This document shows, in pieces, positions 39,634 through 49,155 of a stretch of DNA of 64,000 nucleotides. The notes beneath the pieces were generated by a model. It was not told the origin of the DNA, ran no database searches, and saw only the letters and a list, made by a program, of their open reading frames with translations. Origin of the DNA: a virus. Each line of letters starts with the position of its first letter. Within the stretch, counting starts at the first letter, position 1. The stretch spans positions 2,328-66,327 of IMG/VR virus record IMGVR_UViG_3300007512_000031, one strand, 5' to 3'. The translations under genes were made by a program, and so were the position numbers.

Positions 39634-40031
39634 TATCGTAACCTCTCAAGTTGGACGGAAATATTTTGTGGTTCTGGAAAATTCTCGACACGATATGCAA
39701 TCGTTACATTATATGTATTTTGGTCTGGAGATGCCACTATCCGAATATCCAACAATTTAATTCTTGGTTCGTGTGTTCTTAAAACATTTTCTATTGATTT
39801 TCTTAGTTCAATTTTTGTTAGGGGTGTCGCAGGCTCAAAAAGAAGATTCCTAATTTTTGAATGTATATCTGGTTGAAATGGCTTTTCGTATTTCTTCGTA
39901 TAAATCAAATTTCTAACAGACCTCTTGATAGCGTCAAGACCTATTTTTTGAACAACATCTCCTGTGGTGGGATGTGCAATAAAGTTTAAGTCCAAGTCTT
40001 TATATCGATTTAAATTTGATTCTGATGCCAT
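39633..40031 (-). CDS. gp25: Baseplate wedge subunit gp25
   Basis: YKDLDLNFIAHP, AIKRSVRNL, EKPFQP, LLFEP, HEPRIKL; TATAAATA at 40045-40052. Confidence 0.93.
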   Translation of the reverse strand: MASESNLNRYKDLDLNFIAHPTTGDVVQKIGLDAIKRSVRNLIYTKKYEKPFQPDIHSKIRNLLFEPATPLTKIELRKSIENVLRTHEPRIKLLDIRIVASPDQNTYNVTIAYRVENFPEPQNISVQLERLR

Positions 40032-40052
40032 AGTATTCCTATTGTATTTATA

Positions 40053-40694
40053 TCATTTATTTGTTTTTTGACTCTGTAATTCTACTTCTAGTAAACTTCT
40101 ACTTCTATGCATCCAATCTTCTACAATTTCTGATTCAATTGTATCGACTTTCTCCCAACTACACCACTGAATCATCACATAACCAGAAACCATACCGCCA
40201 GTTTTAATTGGCAGAATAGAAAATGCTATTACATTGCTGCTTTCCAAAAAATGTTTTGCATATGATTCATCTAACTCTGAAACCAATCTAATTTTTGAAT
40301 TGTCTTCTTTAACAGCACTTAAAACTGGCAAAAACATACTCAAAATCAAATCTTGTTTTTTATTTCCTTCTGTAACTATGCTCCGTTGAACAGATTCGTG
40401 TGTCAAAGAAGATTTCTTCATAGAAATACCATCCAAAAAATGACCACTATTATGAAATTGTACCAATTGGGCTCTAGCACAATCCACCATTATTCTTAAT
40501 TCGGTTAAGGTATCTTGTATTTTGGTATGGACATCCCAATATACTGAAGGAATTTCATCCAATGGAGATAAAATATTTCTTTTCTTTTTTACTTTCTTTC
40601 TCCATCTGGTAAGAAAGTAGGTAATGATGCCAGCAAAAACTGCTCCCAGAGATACACCAACTTTTAACCAATTGTTCCAATGTTCTATGTCCAA
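40053..40694 (-). CDS. Single-pass membrane protein with possible GAF-like soluble domain
   Basis: One TM segment (VGVSLGAVFAGIITYFL), then a basic RWRKKVKKKR stretch and an alpha/beta domain with QFHNSGHF. Confidence 0.6.
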   Translation of the reverse strand: MDIEHWNNWLKVGVSLGAVFAGIITYFLTRWRKKVKKKRNILSPLDEIPSVYWDVHTKIQDTLTELRIMVDCARAQLVQFHNSGHFLDGISMKKSSLTHESVQRSIVTEGNKKQDLILSMFLPVLSAVKEDNSKIRLVSELDESYAKHFLESSNVIAFSILPIKTGGMVSGYVMIQWCSWEKVDTIESEIVEDWMHRSRSLLEVELQSQKTNK

Positions 40695-40714
40695 AATACG
40701 CTCCTTGTGTTCTA

Positions 40715-41479
40715 TTATGTATTATCTGTAGGCAGGGCATTTAATTTTTGTTGCAAATTAGAATTAGTAACTACACCTTTAATCAAATGCCCTCCGAAAC
40801 AAGGATCATTTTGACTTCCTAATACCATATTCCCTAAACTAAATTTCTTAACATAACTTAATGCACTACTGTATGCCGAATTATCACTATTTATAAGTGT
40901 TCCTAGACCAGAAGATGCACCGGCTATTTCGGTTGTAAAGTTGCTCAAGGTATCTTCAAATCCCACAGGATAATTTCCAGAAGTGACTCCTAAATTATCT
41001 TGTATAAATGATGTTATGCTATTTTCTATTGTATCTGTTGCAGATTTTATTGCAGCATCAGCGGGTCCGAGTATACTTCCAAACACTTGACTAAAATTAT
41101 CTACCACACCACCAATCATAGTTTCTTGTGCAGAATTAAATGCTGATGCTATTCCATATAATCCTAAAAGTCCCGGTTCATCGTTTGGACCTAAACTGTC
41201 CAAATTTTTTCCAGATAATCTATTAGAATGTGTTTGATATACTCCAACTTGACTTGATAAAGAATTCAACGCACCAGATAATCCATCAAATATAATCGGG
41301 AAAGAAGCAGACGCAATTAAATTTGTAGTATTAGAAATGGCGGTGTCAACTGCACTAATAGCACTGGCAACAGGATTTTGAAATGCATTTCCGTCCATTA
41401 CAGTTTGCACTACATCTTTTTCGCCGGGTGTTAGAGTAGCAGACGAAATATTACAACCGCTTGTTGGAAAATATCCCAT
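40715..41479 (-). CDS. Hypothetical helical protein downstream of PAAR
   Basis: Probable start MGYFPT at 41479 with a GGAGA RBS; Ser/Ala/Gly-rich and helical. Confidence 0.6.
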   Translation of the reverse strand: MGYFPTSGCNISSATLTPGEKDVVQTVMDGNAFQNPVASAISAVDTAISNTTNLIASASFPIIFDGLSGALNSLSSQVGVYQTHSNRLSGKNLDSLGPNDEPGLLGLYGIASAFNSAQETMIGGVVDNFSQVFGSILGPADAAIKSATDTIENSITSFIQDNLGVTSGNYPVGFEDTLSNFTTEIAGASSGLGTLINSDNSAYSSALSYVKKFSLGNMVLGSQNDPCFGGHLIKGVVTNSNLQQKLNALPTDNT

Positions 41480-41481
41480 AA

Positions 41482-41745
41482 TTAATCTCCTGCGTAAACA
41501 TTTCCAGAACCATTTGCAAGATGACCACATGTTGCAGAATCACCTTGCCGTACCACACCTCTACCGTTTGCTCTTACAGAATAAGAACTTCTAATCATTT
41601 GAGGACCAGAATGTTCATCTTTACCGTGACCAGCAACAGGAGAATATAACAACGCAACAGGCAACCCATTCACATTAACATTACCAGCACCAGACAATAT
41701 TGTGCCACCTGCTGTATCTAAATATGCTCTTGAAATTCCTGCCAT
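41482..41745 (-). CDS. PAAR-family spike tip protein (gp5.4-like)
   Basis: NVNVNGLPVA, HGKDEH, SVRANGRGVVRQGDSATCGH, GSGNVYAG; follows gp5. Confidence 0.9.
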   Translation of the reverse strand: MAGISRAYLDTAGGTILSGAGNVNVNGLPVALLYSPVAGHGKDEHSGPQMIRSSYSVRANGRGVVRQGDSATCGHLANGSGNVYAGD

Positions 41746-41753
41746 TTTATTTC

Positions 41754-42752
41754 CTAGTTTAAATCTATAGAACTTCCTGCTAATCTCATAGGACCACCAG
41801 ATTGAATATTCATATGTCCATCAGTTTTAATGTCTAAGTTTCCATCTGATGTAATAACAACATTTCCATCATTAGTAGTGGTCACGGAAACATTACCATC
41901 TACCGTTTGTGTGACACTACCACCAATTACTTCATTTACATCACCGTCTATTTGTATATCTGCATTTCCTTTAACATATAATGTAAGATTGCTATCGTTT
42001 TCATCTCCAATCAAAACATTTGCATTACCAGAAATGTGTACGAATTTCTTTCCGTATATAATTTCATAGTCATCATCAACTACTTTTGTTACTCTACTTC
42101 CATCAGGATAAATTTCTTCAAAAGTTCCTCTTTTATGATAAGTATGAATTCTTTCTGCGTTAGGTGTATCATCAAATTCTTGAATGTGTCCACTCTCTGA
42201 TTCATACACATGATTGTATGGATATGTTGCATCAAATTGTGTTGGTGGTTCTACCCATCCATGTTCATTCTTTTCGTTTGCGGTTGGGCGACCTCCCGTT
42301 CCAGCAGACAAAATTTTTGATTCGACTATTGTTCCAGTTGTAATCCCTCTAGCCAATCTATTTGTATCAGGTTCACCTAAGTAGTTTTCTTTTGGATATG
42401 TTCCAGATGGGTCATTAAACCCCTTAGATGGTTGTGATGCAAACTGTGGTATCCCTCCAATAGTTCCAAAGAATACTGGCTCTTGTGCATTTGCACCATC
42501 TCTAAAAAATCCAACAACCCAAGTTCCCTCGACAGGTCCGAGCGGAGTTTGACCAATACCATTCATTGCACCAGAAGTAATTGGTTGTATTGGATATGCC
42601 CAAGGTAAATCTTCTGTTGGTATTCCTAATTTGTTAGCAGTATGCCATCCCAATACACGGATTCTACATCTACCAAGTTCCAATGGGTCGTTTCTATCTT
42701 CTACAACACCTTGAAACCAAACAAGTCCATCTTTTCCCATGTATTCTTGCAT
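41754..42752 (-). CDS. gp5: Baseplate hub spike gp5 (OB fold plus beta-helix, no lysozyme domain)
   Basis: WFQGVVEDRNDPLELGRCRIR, LPWA, WVVGFFRDG, YPYNHVYESESGHIQEFDDTP, C-terminal VxGN repeats. Confidence 0.93.
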   Translation of the reverse strand: MQEYMGKDGLVWFQGVVEDRNDPLELGRCRIRVLGWHTANKLGIPTEDLPWAYPIQPITSGAMNGIGQTPLGPVEGTWVVGFFRDGANAQEPVFFGTIGGIPQFASQPSKGFNDPSGTYPKENYLGEPDTNRLARGITTGTIVESKILSAGTGGRPTANEKNEHGWVEPPTQFDATYPYNHVYESESGHIQEFDDTPNAERIHTYHKRGTFEEIYPDGSRVTKVVDDDYEIIYGKKFVHISGNANVLIGDENDSNLTLYVKGNADIQIDGDVNEVIGGSVTQTVDGNVSVTTTNDGNVVITSDGNLDIKTDGHMNIQSGGPMRLAGSSIDLN

Positions 42753-44146
42753 TACGGTGCTGGCTCCGATTCATAATGAATATAATCTGGCATTCTTTCA
42801 ATGAATGAATCTTTAGATAATTCTAATCTCATTTCATGTCCACCCAAAGTAATAGAATGTTTGATTCTCGTTATCAAATATGTTGCAGTAATGTTTGGGT
42901 CTAATGCAGAATAGATATCATTCTCTTGTTGCTTTCTGTCTGTTACATTGACTCTGACTTTATCTCCTACCCTTCTATTTGAATCTCCTAAAACATTAAA
43001 TTCAATTTTAGAAGACTTTAACTGATTGATTAATGAATCATGAGATAACATCCATTGTTCTTGTCTGGTGTTATCGGGATATTCTAAAAATAGGTCATCA
43101 GAATTTTCTATGTTTTGAATAGTTCCGTGAATCCCTGAATGTTTTGGAGAAAAATATTGTTTAGAATCTGCATGTCTAGCATAATAATCTGAAAGAACAG
43201 GAAGTATAGGATAATCATTGAGAGATTTTTCAGAATCAAATCCTTGTGTATAATTGTAATTTGTTTGTTGCCATTCTTTTGTCACAATATCATGTGTAAT
43301 CATACTAGACGAAAATGTACCCTTCGGTATTTCTTTAGAACGATCGAATCCTTTAACTAATATTGGACCGTTGATATTTCTATGAGTGGTATCATAATCA
43401 TCTTCAGTATCAATTTCTTCTCTGGATTCTATCTTCTCGTAAATTTCCCTCACTGGTCCTCTCATCAATGATGTTAATGAGACAAATTTAAATCCATCTA
43501 AGTCTTCATAGAAAACATAGTTTGCCCTATCGGGATATTTTTCTGAAATTGATCTTTTAGATAACCAATTAATTGCTGCGTTTGGTCGCCAATTTGGAAT
43601 AACAAACTTATGAGAACCAAAGGTGGGTTCTACTTTTATTCTTGGTGCTTCCCCACCAAAATCATTTCCTTCATCTAATTTTGCAAGATAAGAATAAAAT
43701 ATATCCTTAACCATTTCAGAAATTCTTCCCTTATAAGATTTACTAACTTTTTTTGTAATATTCATCAAGAAAAATGGCGAGATAAAGTGTAAATCGTATA
43801 TCTGGGTTTTATTGTTTTTTGTTGGAATTCTTTCTGATATCTTATCAATTATAAACAGTTTTGATATAGGTTCAGTTCCCGGAGTTGAAAATGTAAAGAG
43901 TAACATTTCCTGACCAGTTAAAGGAAGAGACGCAGGCAAATTAGAAGCATCTATTATAGAAACTCTTCCAGTAATATTATTTGAAAATAAACTTTCATAA
44001 ATTTCTACCATAGCAAAATGGTCTACGATACTAACATCCATACCATTTAAAGAAACTATACGAACATCATCAATCCTGACATCCTTGTTTCGAAGAATAG
44101 AATCTAGATTTTGCGTTACTGTAGTTTGTTGTTCGTGAGGTGTCAT
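42752..44146 (-). CDS. Baseplate hub protein (gp27-like)
   Basis: IYESLFSNNITG...LPLTGQE, VSKSY, IPNWRPNAAINWL, FYEDLDGFKFVSL, YLITRIKH; lies between gp53 and gp5. Confidence 0.7.
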   Translation of the reverse strand: MTPHEQQTTVTQNLDSILRNKDVRIDDVRIVSLNGMDVSIVDHFAMVEIYESLFSNNITGRVSIIDASNLPASLPLTGQEMLLFTFSTPGTEPISKLFIIDKISERIPTKNNKTQIYDLHFISPFFLMNITKKVSKSYKGRISEMVKDIFYSYLAKLDEGNDFGGEAPRIKVEPTFGSHKFVIPNWRPNAAINWLSKRSISEKYPDRANYVFYEDLDGFKFVSLTSLMRGPVREIYEKIESREEIDTEDDYDTTHRNINGPILVKGFDRSKEIPKGTFSSSMITHDIVTKEWQQTNYNYTQGFDSEKSLNDYPILPVLSDYYARHADSKQYFSPKHSGIHGTIQNIENSDDLFLEYPDNTRQEQWMLSHDSLINQLKSSKIEFNVLGDSNRRVGDKVRVNVTDRKQQENDIYSALDPNITATYLITRIKHSITLGGHEMRLELSKDSFIERMPDYIHYESEPAP

Positions 44147-45045
44147 TGCTTAATTAGATGTTTAAATTCAGAAACCACTTGAGGCAGATGCTTTGGGTCC
44201 AATAATGATATACTTCTATTCCCTTCATTTAATTCATCTTCATATTGATAATTTGTCTTGACATAAGAAGATGAATCATTAAAAATATACGAATATAATA
44301 ATGTTTGTCCATAAGTAACTCCACCAGAACCCAAAGACAGTTGAGTAGTTCCGTCATACTTTGATAGAGGATCTAACCATACAACAGAACTACCCGTACC
44401 TCCACCAATATCATCATATCCAGCAGTAACAGAACCGCTAGTTTCAAAGTGATGAAGTGCTTGTTTAGAATCTGTGACAATTCGTTTTACTGTAGCACTT
44501 CCAACATAATCATTCCATCCTGTTCCACCACTTGAATTAAATGCTTTGATTTCATCACCTTTAGTAAAACTATGAGTTTTATCAATATCGGTTACAACAA
44601 TTTTATGTAAGGTTGAATCATATTCTGATACAAGTCCTCTGAAACCTGTAGAACCTGCCGCTCCACCAGATAAAGAAGTTTGTATAACTGTATCGTTGGA
44701 ACTAAATGAACCAGAAATACCATCTACAAAGAGTGACACCCCATTATATTTTGATTCTAATTTCTTTTCAAATTTTCTAGTACTTAGAGGCCATTCAAAT
44801 AAAGGATTTATCATATTGTTAAACGATAAAACAATCCAGTGATATTCGGGTGAACCATATAAATTATCTGCAACCATTTCTGGTGTTTCATAATCTTTAA
44901 TATCATATTGTACGAAGAATTGAGAACCAGTCATTCCTTGAGAACTAAATGATACTCGTCTCAAAATATCTACCGCAAGTTTAGCGCCAGAAGTTGATCC
45001 TGTTGCAGAATCTAATAATATCTTTGGAAAAAACTTGAAGTACAT
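44143..45045 (-). CDS. gp53: Baseplate wedge subunit gp53
   Basis: YFKFFP, ETPEMVADNLYGSPEYHWIVL, EWPL, HHFE, NYQYEDELNEGNRSISLL. Confidence 0.9.
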   Translation of the reverse strand: MYFKFFPKILLDSATGSTSGAKLAVDILRRVSFSSQGMTGSQFFVQYDIKDYETPEMVADNLYGSPEYHWIVLSFNNMINPLFEWPLSTRKFEKKLESKYNGVSLFVDGISGSFSSNDTVIQTSLSGGAAGSTGFRGLVSEYDSTLHKIVVTDIDKTHSFTKGDEIKAFNSSGGTGWNDYVGSATVKRIVTDSKQALHHFETSGSVTAGYDDIGGGTGSSVVWLDPLSKYDGTTQLSLGSGGVTYGQTLLYSYIFNDSSSYVKTNYQYEDELNEGNRSISLLDPKHLPQVVSEFKHLIKQ

Positions 45046-45046
45046 A

Positions 45047-46288
45047 TTAATAACCTTGTTCTATTAATTCGGAATCCAATAGTGCCATTTCTTCAAATGT
45101 CAATGACATAATCATGTTTGTTGGCGCGCCATTTGCAAAAGTAGAAAATGAACCACTCGATGCATAGTCAACATTAATTTCTCGTAATGCACACCTACCA
45201 ATTTTATTGAGCCAATCATTTTGTACCGGCTCACCGTTTATCATTGTGTAGTATTCAATTTCAAATTCAGCAGGGAAAGTATAAAAAGTACCTTTACCAA
45301 CTGTTCTATTTAATTTTGGATATGCGTGTTTCTTGAATGTTTGAATTATTTGATATGCTCTAACACTTTCCATTTCATTTCTTGGAGAAAAGTTAAAATT
45401 CAATTCAAATTTTCTAGAAATTGGTTCTCTAAACATCAATTGTTTTCTTGGGTTTGGGACCATTCTCAATTCTGCCAACAGTGCTGCTTCGGTATTTAAT
45501 CCACCACCAACAACCGTGCCAACTGTATCTAAAGCACCAGTTAATTTTGTTATACCCAGTTTAGCAATTTGACCTTGTAAATCATTAAATACATTCTGAG
45601 CAAAACTCAAATCTTGTTGTTCATATTCTAAAACTGATAATGATTGAATTTTTTGTGGCATATACAGAGCAACAGTATCTTTTGTTCTAGCGCGTGCTTT
45701 ACCAAACCTTATTAGTCTTCCTTGTGTATTTTCAAGAACTTCATTTGCTGTCATTTCTTGAGTTTTTTCAGTCCATTTCTGAAAAGATATCAATGCATCT
45801 TTTTCTTCGGTAGAAAGTGATGCTTCACCAGCAAGTTCTCCTATTTCCCATCCACCCCATGCTGCCAATCCAGCACCTATGAGAGATGCAATCCCTTTTA
45901 ATGCCATCACTCTCCCGCCACCACCACCTTTTCCTACTGTTGTTATCCACTGTAAGAATCTAGGAACAGTTCGAGTAGTTAATACAGAACTACCAGCAAT
46001 GATTGCACCATTTGTTGCATATTGATTAGTTTGTTCGGAAGCATCTTCTACCAATCCTTCTTGTTCAGTTTCTAAATTTGCCATCAAATCGCCATAAATA
46101 TGAAATACCACAAAATGATTTATATCATTAGTACCTAAATTTAGAGGAAATTCTAATTTTTGTTCTGGTTTACCTTCCAGACCGCCTGTTTCCGCAGGCT
46201 GAATATCTAATTTTCCAAAGACAGAATCCTGAACACTTACTGTGTCAGAAAATAGTGGTGCCAACGAATCTCTTGCAGTATTAGTCAT
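45047..46288 (-). CDS. gp48: Baseplate tail tube cap gp48
   Basis: VALYMP, NPRKQLMF..RKFELNFNFSPRN, FPAEFEIEY, CALREINVDY, LTFEE. Confidence 0.82.
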   Translation of the reverse strand: MTNTARDSLAPLFSDTVSVQDSVFGKLDIQPAETGGLEGKPEQKLEFPLNLGTNDINHFVVFHIYGDLMANLETEQEGLVEDASEQTNQYATNGAIIAGSSVLTTRTVPRFLQWITTVGKGGGGGRVMALKGIASLIGAGLAAWGGWEIGELAGEASLSTEEKDALISFQKWTEKTQEMTANEVLENTQGRLIRFGKARARTKDTVALYMPQKIQSLSVLEYEQQDLSFAQNVFNDLQGQIAKLGITKLTGALDTVGTVVGGGLNTEAALLAELRMVPNPRKQLMFREPISRKFELNFNFSPRNEMESVRAYQIIQTFKKHAYPKLNRTVGKGTFYTFPAEFEIEYYTMINGEPVQNDWLNKIGRCALREINVDYASSGSFSTFANGAPTNMIMSLTFEEMALLDSELIEQGY

Positions 46289-46322
46289 TAATATCTCCTA
46301 TAGATAGAATATATAACTATAT

Positions 46323-46757
46323 ATGGCATACAAAGGACGATACAAACCGAAACAACCGAAAAAATATATCGGTAATCCTACTAAGATTATATATCGCAGT
46401 TTACTTGAAAAAAGATTCATGCTTTACTGTGATAAAACTGATGCAATCTTAGAATGGGGTTCTGAGGAAGTTGTAGTTCCATATAAATCTCCTGTTGATA
46501 ATCGTATGCATCGATATTTTGTAGATTTTATTGTAAAACTTAAAAATAAAGATGGAATAACAGAAGTACTTCTAATAGAGGTAAAACCAAAAAAACAATG
46601 CTCACCACCAAAAAAGCCACAAAAAAAGACAAGAAAGTATTTCACTGAGATGAAAACTTATGGGGTGAATACTGCTAAATGGAAGGCAGCAACCGAATAC
46701 GCAGAAAATAAAGGTTGGAAATTTATTATCATAACAGATGAAACATTGTCCCCATAA
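46323..46757 (+). CDS. gp4: Head completion nuclease gp4
   Basis: YKGRYKPKQPKKYIG, YRSLLEKRFM, WGSEE, HRYFVDF, IEVKP, NTAKWKAA. Confidence 0.95.
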   Translation: MAYKGRYKPKQPKKYIGNPTKIIYRSLLEKRFMLYCDKTDAILEWGSEEVVVPYKSPVDNRMHRYFVDFIVKLKNKDGITEVLLIEVKPKKQCSPPKKPQKKTRKYFTEMKTYGVNTAKWKAATEYAENKGWKFIIITDETLSP

Positions 46758-46774
46758 TCAACATACATATTCAT

Positions 46775-47506
46775 ATGCCAGACGAACAACCAGATAAACA
46801 ATCAGGACAAGATATTGCAGGTTCATTATATAGGGGTGGAAGAATTTCCAACCCAGATGTTATCCTTTCCCGAAAAAATGTATTTGATGCACTGGATGAA
46901 TTGTTTAAAGAAAGTGGAATTAAAAGAGGAACAAGAGATGCAATCAAATGGTATCGAGAATTAGTTAGAGAATTATTTGATTTGTCTGATGTAAGTCCTG
47001 AAGAAACTTTCCTGAGAGATGAATCAAGATTAATACAAAAATCTGGTATGAGAAGAAGAACAGGAAGAATGTTTCTGTTTAATTATATACCAAAAACAAG
47101 ATCAACACTAAAGTACTATGATTCTGTTCCATTAGTTTACATTTTAAAATTTACAAAAGATGGATTTCTTGGACTAAATTTGCATTATTTAGACATCAGA
47201 TTGAGGACAGTATTGTTTAATAATTTACAAATATTATTGAGTGGTCCAATTGAAAGTGACTTCACTAGACTAAGAATCAATACCGAAATATTAAAAGGTT
47301 CAAGAAAATTTAGATATTATAGACCTTGTATCCGTAACTATAAAACTAAATATATTGGTTCTCGAATTTTGCAAATACCACCGAAAGATTGGGGAGTTGC
47401 GATTCACCTTCCAATAGAACGATTTAAAAAGAAAAATAAATATCAAGTATGGACAGAAAGTAGACGAAAATTGGTTCAGGAAATAGAAGGAAGCAAAGAA
47501 GCATAA
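46775..47506 (+). CDS. gp2: DNA end protector protein gp2
   Basis: GRMFLFNYIPK, YYDSVPLV, GFLGLNLHYL, PCIRNY, LPIERF. Confidence 0.88.
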   Translation: MPDEQPDKQSGQDIAGSLYRGGRISNPDVILSRKNVFDALDELFKESGIKRGTRDAIKWYRELVRELFDLSDVSPEETFLRDESRLIQKSGMRRRTGRMFLFNYIPKTRSTLKYYDSVPLVYILKFTKDGFLGLNLHYLDIRLRTVLFNNLQILLSGPIESDFTRLRINTEILKGSRKFRYYRPCIRNYKTKYIGSRILQIPPKDWGVAIHLPIERFKKKNKYQVWTESRRKLVQEIEGSKEA

Positions 47507-48252
47507 TGGCAAATGTTCCAACAACAATCAATAGTTTGATTGCTAACATAGCACATTGGGGTAGTTCTTATCCTCACAAATATGAAATAGCATTTTCTAA
47601 TTTAGATGCACTGTCTAATTTACGATTGTGTGTTTCATGTGAAACCTGTACGATGCCTGGAAGGAACATTTCAACCCAAGATATTAAAATGCACGGTCCT
47701 ATTAATGAAATGCCGTATGAAGTTTCATATTCTGGTGATTTAGATGTCACCTTTAAACTTTCAAAAGATTTTAAAGAACGAGTGGTGTTCGAGCAATGGC
47801 AAAACGAATTTATTGTAAGTCCTGATACTCATAATTTTGGATATTTGGATAATTATAAATCCGAAATTGAAATTACACAACTTGATGAAGAAGATAATCC
47901 AATTCACCGAATCATATTAGAAGATGCGTGGCCAAAAACAATTGCTGCTATAGAATATGGTGATGAAAGAGGAAACGAAATAAACAAACAAAGAGTTGGA
48001 TTTTCTTTTCGCAAATGGCGTTCAGAAAAACCAGATGCTCCAGGATTTCTTGCAGGAATCCTAGGAAACTTAGATTTGGTTGGAAGATTAGAAAGATTAA
48101 TTATGCCTTTTGGTGGTCAAGATTCACCAATTCCAATGATACCAACTGCAATAGGAGGGCATGTTGTACGACTGCCTTGGGGACTAGACCCACAACACAT
48201 GACAGGACAACTTCAAGATATTTTAGGAGATGCCTTGGGAGACATCATATAA
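47506..48252 (+). CDS. Tail-tube-fold baseplate protein (gp54/gp19-like tube initiator)
   Basis: CETCTMPGRNI, PYE, FEQWQ, YLDNY, ITQLD, DAWPKTI, FSFRKW; position after gp2. Confidence 0.75.
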   Translation: MANVPTTINSLIANIAHWGSSYPHKYEIAFSNLDALSNLRLCVSCETCTMPGRNISTQDIKMHGPINEMPYEVSYSGDLDVTFKLSKDFKERVVFEQWQNEFIVSPDTHNFGYLDNYKSEIEITQLDEEDNPIHRIILEDAWPKTIAAIEYGDERGNEINKQRVGFSFRKWRSEKPDAPGFLAGILGNLDLVGRLERLIMPFGGQDSPIPMIPTAIGGHVVRLPWGLDPQHMTGQLQDILGDALGDII

Positions 48253-48268
48253 CATGGAGAATAATATT

Positions 48269-48970
48269 ATGACATTACCTAAACTTACACTACCAAAATA
48301 CAATTTAAATATACCATCAACAGAAAAAAATATATCATTTAGACCATTTTTGGTACGAGAAGAAAAAGCATTATTGATGGCATTTGAAAGTGAAGATATA
48401 AAAAATATTATAACTGCAATGAAAGATATCATACAAGAATGTACATTTGGTAATGTAGACGCAAACGAATTACCTTTAGCAGATATGTGTTTTATCTTTT
48501 TAAACATCCGTGCAAAATCTGTCGGTGAAATTGCAGAACCATCTTTAACCTGTGAATCGTGTAATGAAACCAATTCAGTATCAGTAGATTTGACCGAAGT
48601 AAAAATTACAAAAGATGAAAACCACTCTAATAAAATTGAACTTGATGCAGGTAAGGGAATTATAATGAAATATCCCACCTTATCAATGCAAAATGTATAC
48701 AACACTCAAATATATTCACCAGACAATATTAATTTCACTGCTGAATGTATTGATATGATTTATGATGGTGATAAAGTTTATAAATCTAGTGAATATACGA
48801 CAGAAGAATTGATAGAATTTATTGACGGATTAACCCATTCTCAGTTTGATAAAATTCTAGAATTTTTTGAAACCATGCCAAAACTTTCACATGATGTTGA
48901 ATTTGAATGTATAAAATGTAATCATAAAAATAAATTTACACTGGAGGGTATTCGAGATTTTTTTCTTTAA
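48269..48970 (+). CDS. gp26: gp26 baseplate hub assembly protein
   Basis: Probable start MTLPKL at 48269 (GGAGA RBS). FRPFLVREEKALL, IRAKSVGE, CxxC motifs, MKYP, FFETMPKL, LEGIRDFF. Confidence 0.9.
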   Translation: MTLPKLTLPKYNLNIPSTEKNISFRPFLVREEKALLMAFESEDIKNIITAMKDIIQECTFGNVDANELPLADMCFIFLNIRAKSVGEIAEPSLTCESCNETNSVSVDLTEVKITKDENHSNKIELDAGKGIIMKYPTLSMQNVYNTQIYSPDNINFTAECIDMIYDGDKVYKSSEYTTEELIEFIDGLTHSQFDKILEFFETMPKLSHDVEFECIKCNHKNKFTLEGIRDFFL

Positions 48971-49152
48971 GCCTCTGTCATGAGGCACTGACTTCATACT
49001 ACAAATTAAATTTTCAGATGATGCAACACCACAATTATTCATTAGAAGATTTAGAAAATATGATACCGTGGGAAAGAGAAATATATGTTACACTTTTAAC
49101 TCAATACATTAAAGAGGAAAATGATAAAATTCAACAAAATACAAGAATGTAA
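48958..49152 (+). CDS. gp51: gp51-like ORF in the -1 frame of gp26 (first ATG only at 49018)
   Basis: Absent from the ORF track. Hand translation: FFSLSLCHEALTSYYKLNFQMMQHHNYSLEDLENMIPWEREIYVTLLTQYIKEEN..RM*. MQHH.YSL..LENMIPWEREIY is the gp51 signature. Confidence 0.85.
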   Translation, partial: FFSLSLCHEALTSYYKLNFQMMQHHNYSLEDLENMIPWEREIYVTLLTQYIKEENDKIQQNTRM

Positions 49153-49155
49153 ACC

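Noticed and set aside
41754-42752. gp5 lacking the lysozyme domain as a novelty
   Set aside because: This is common among non-enteric T4-like phages, so it is noted only as context.
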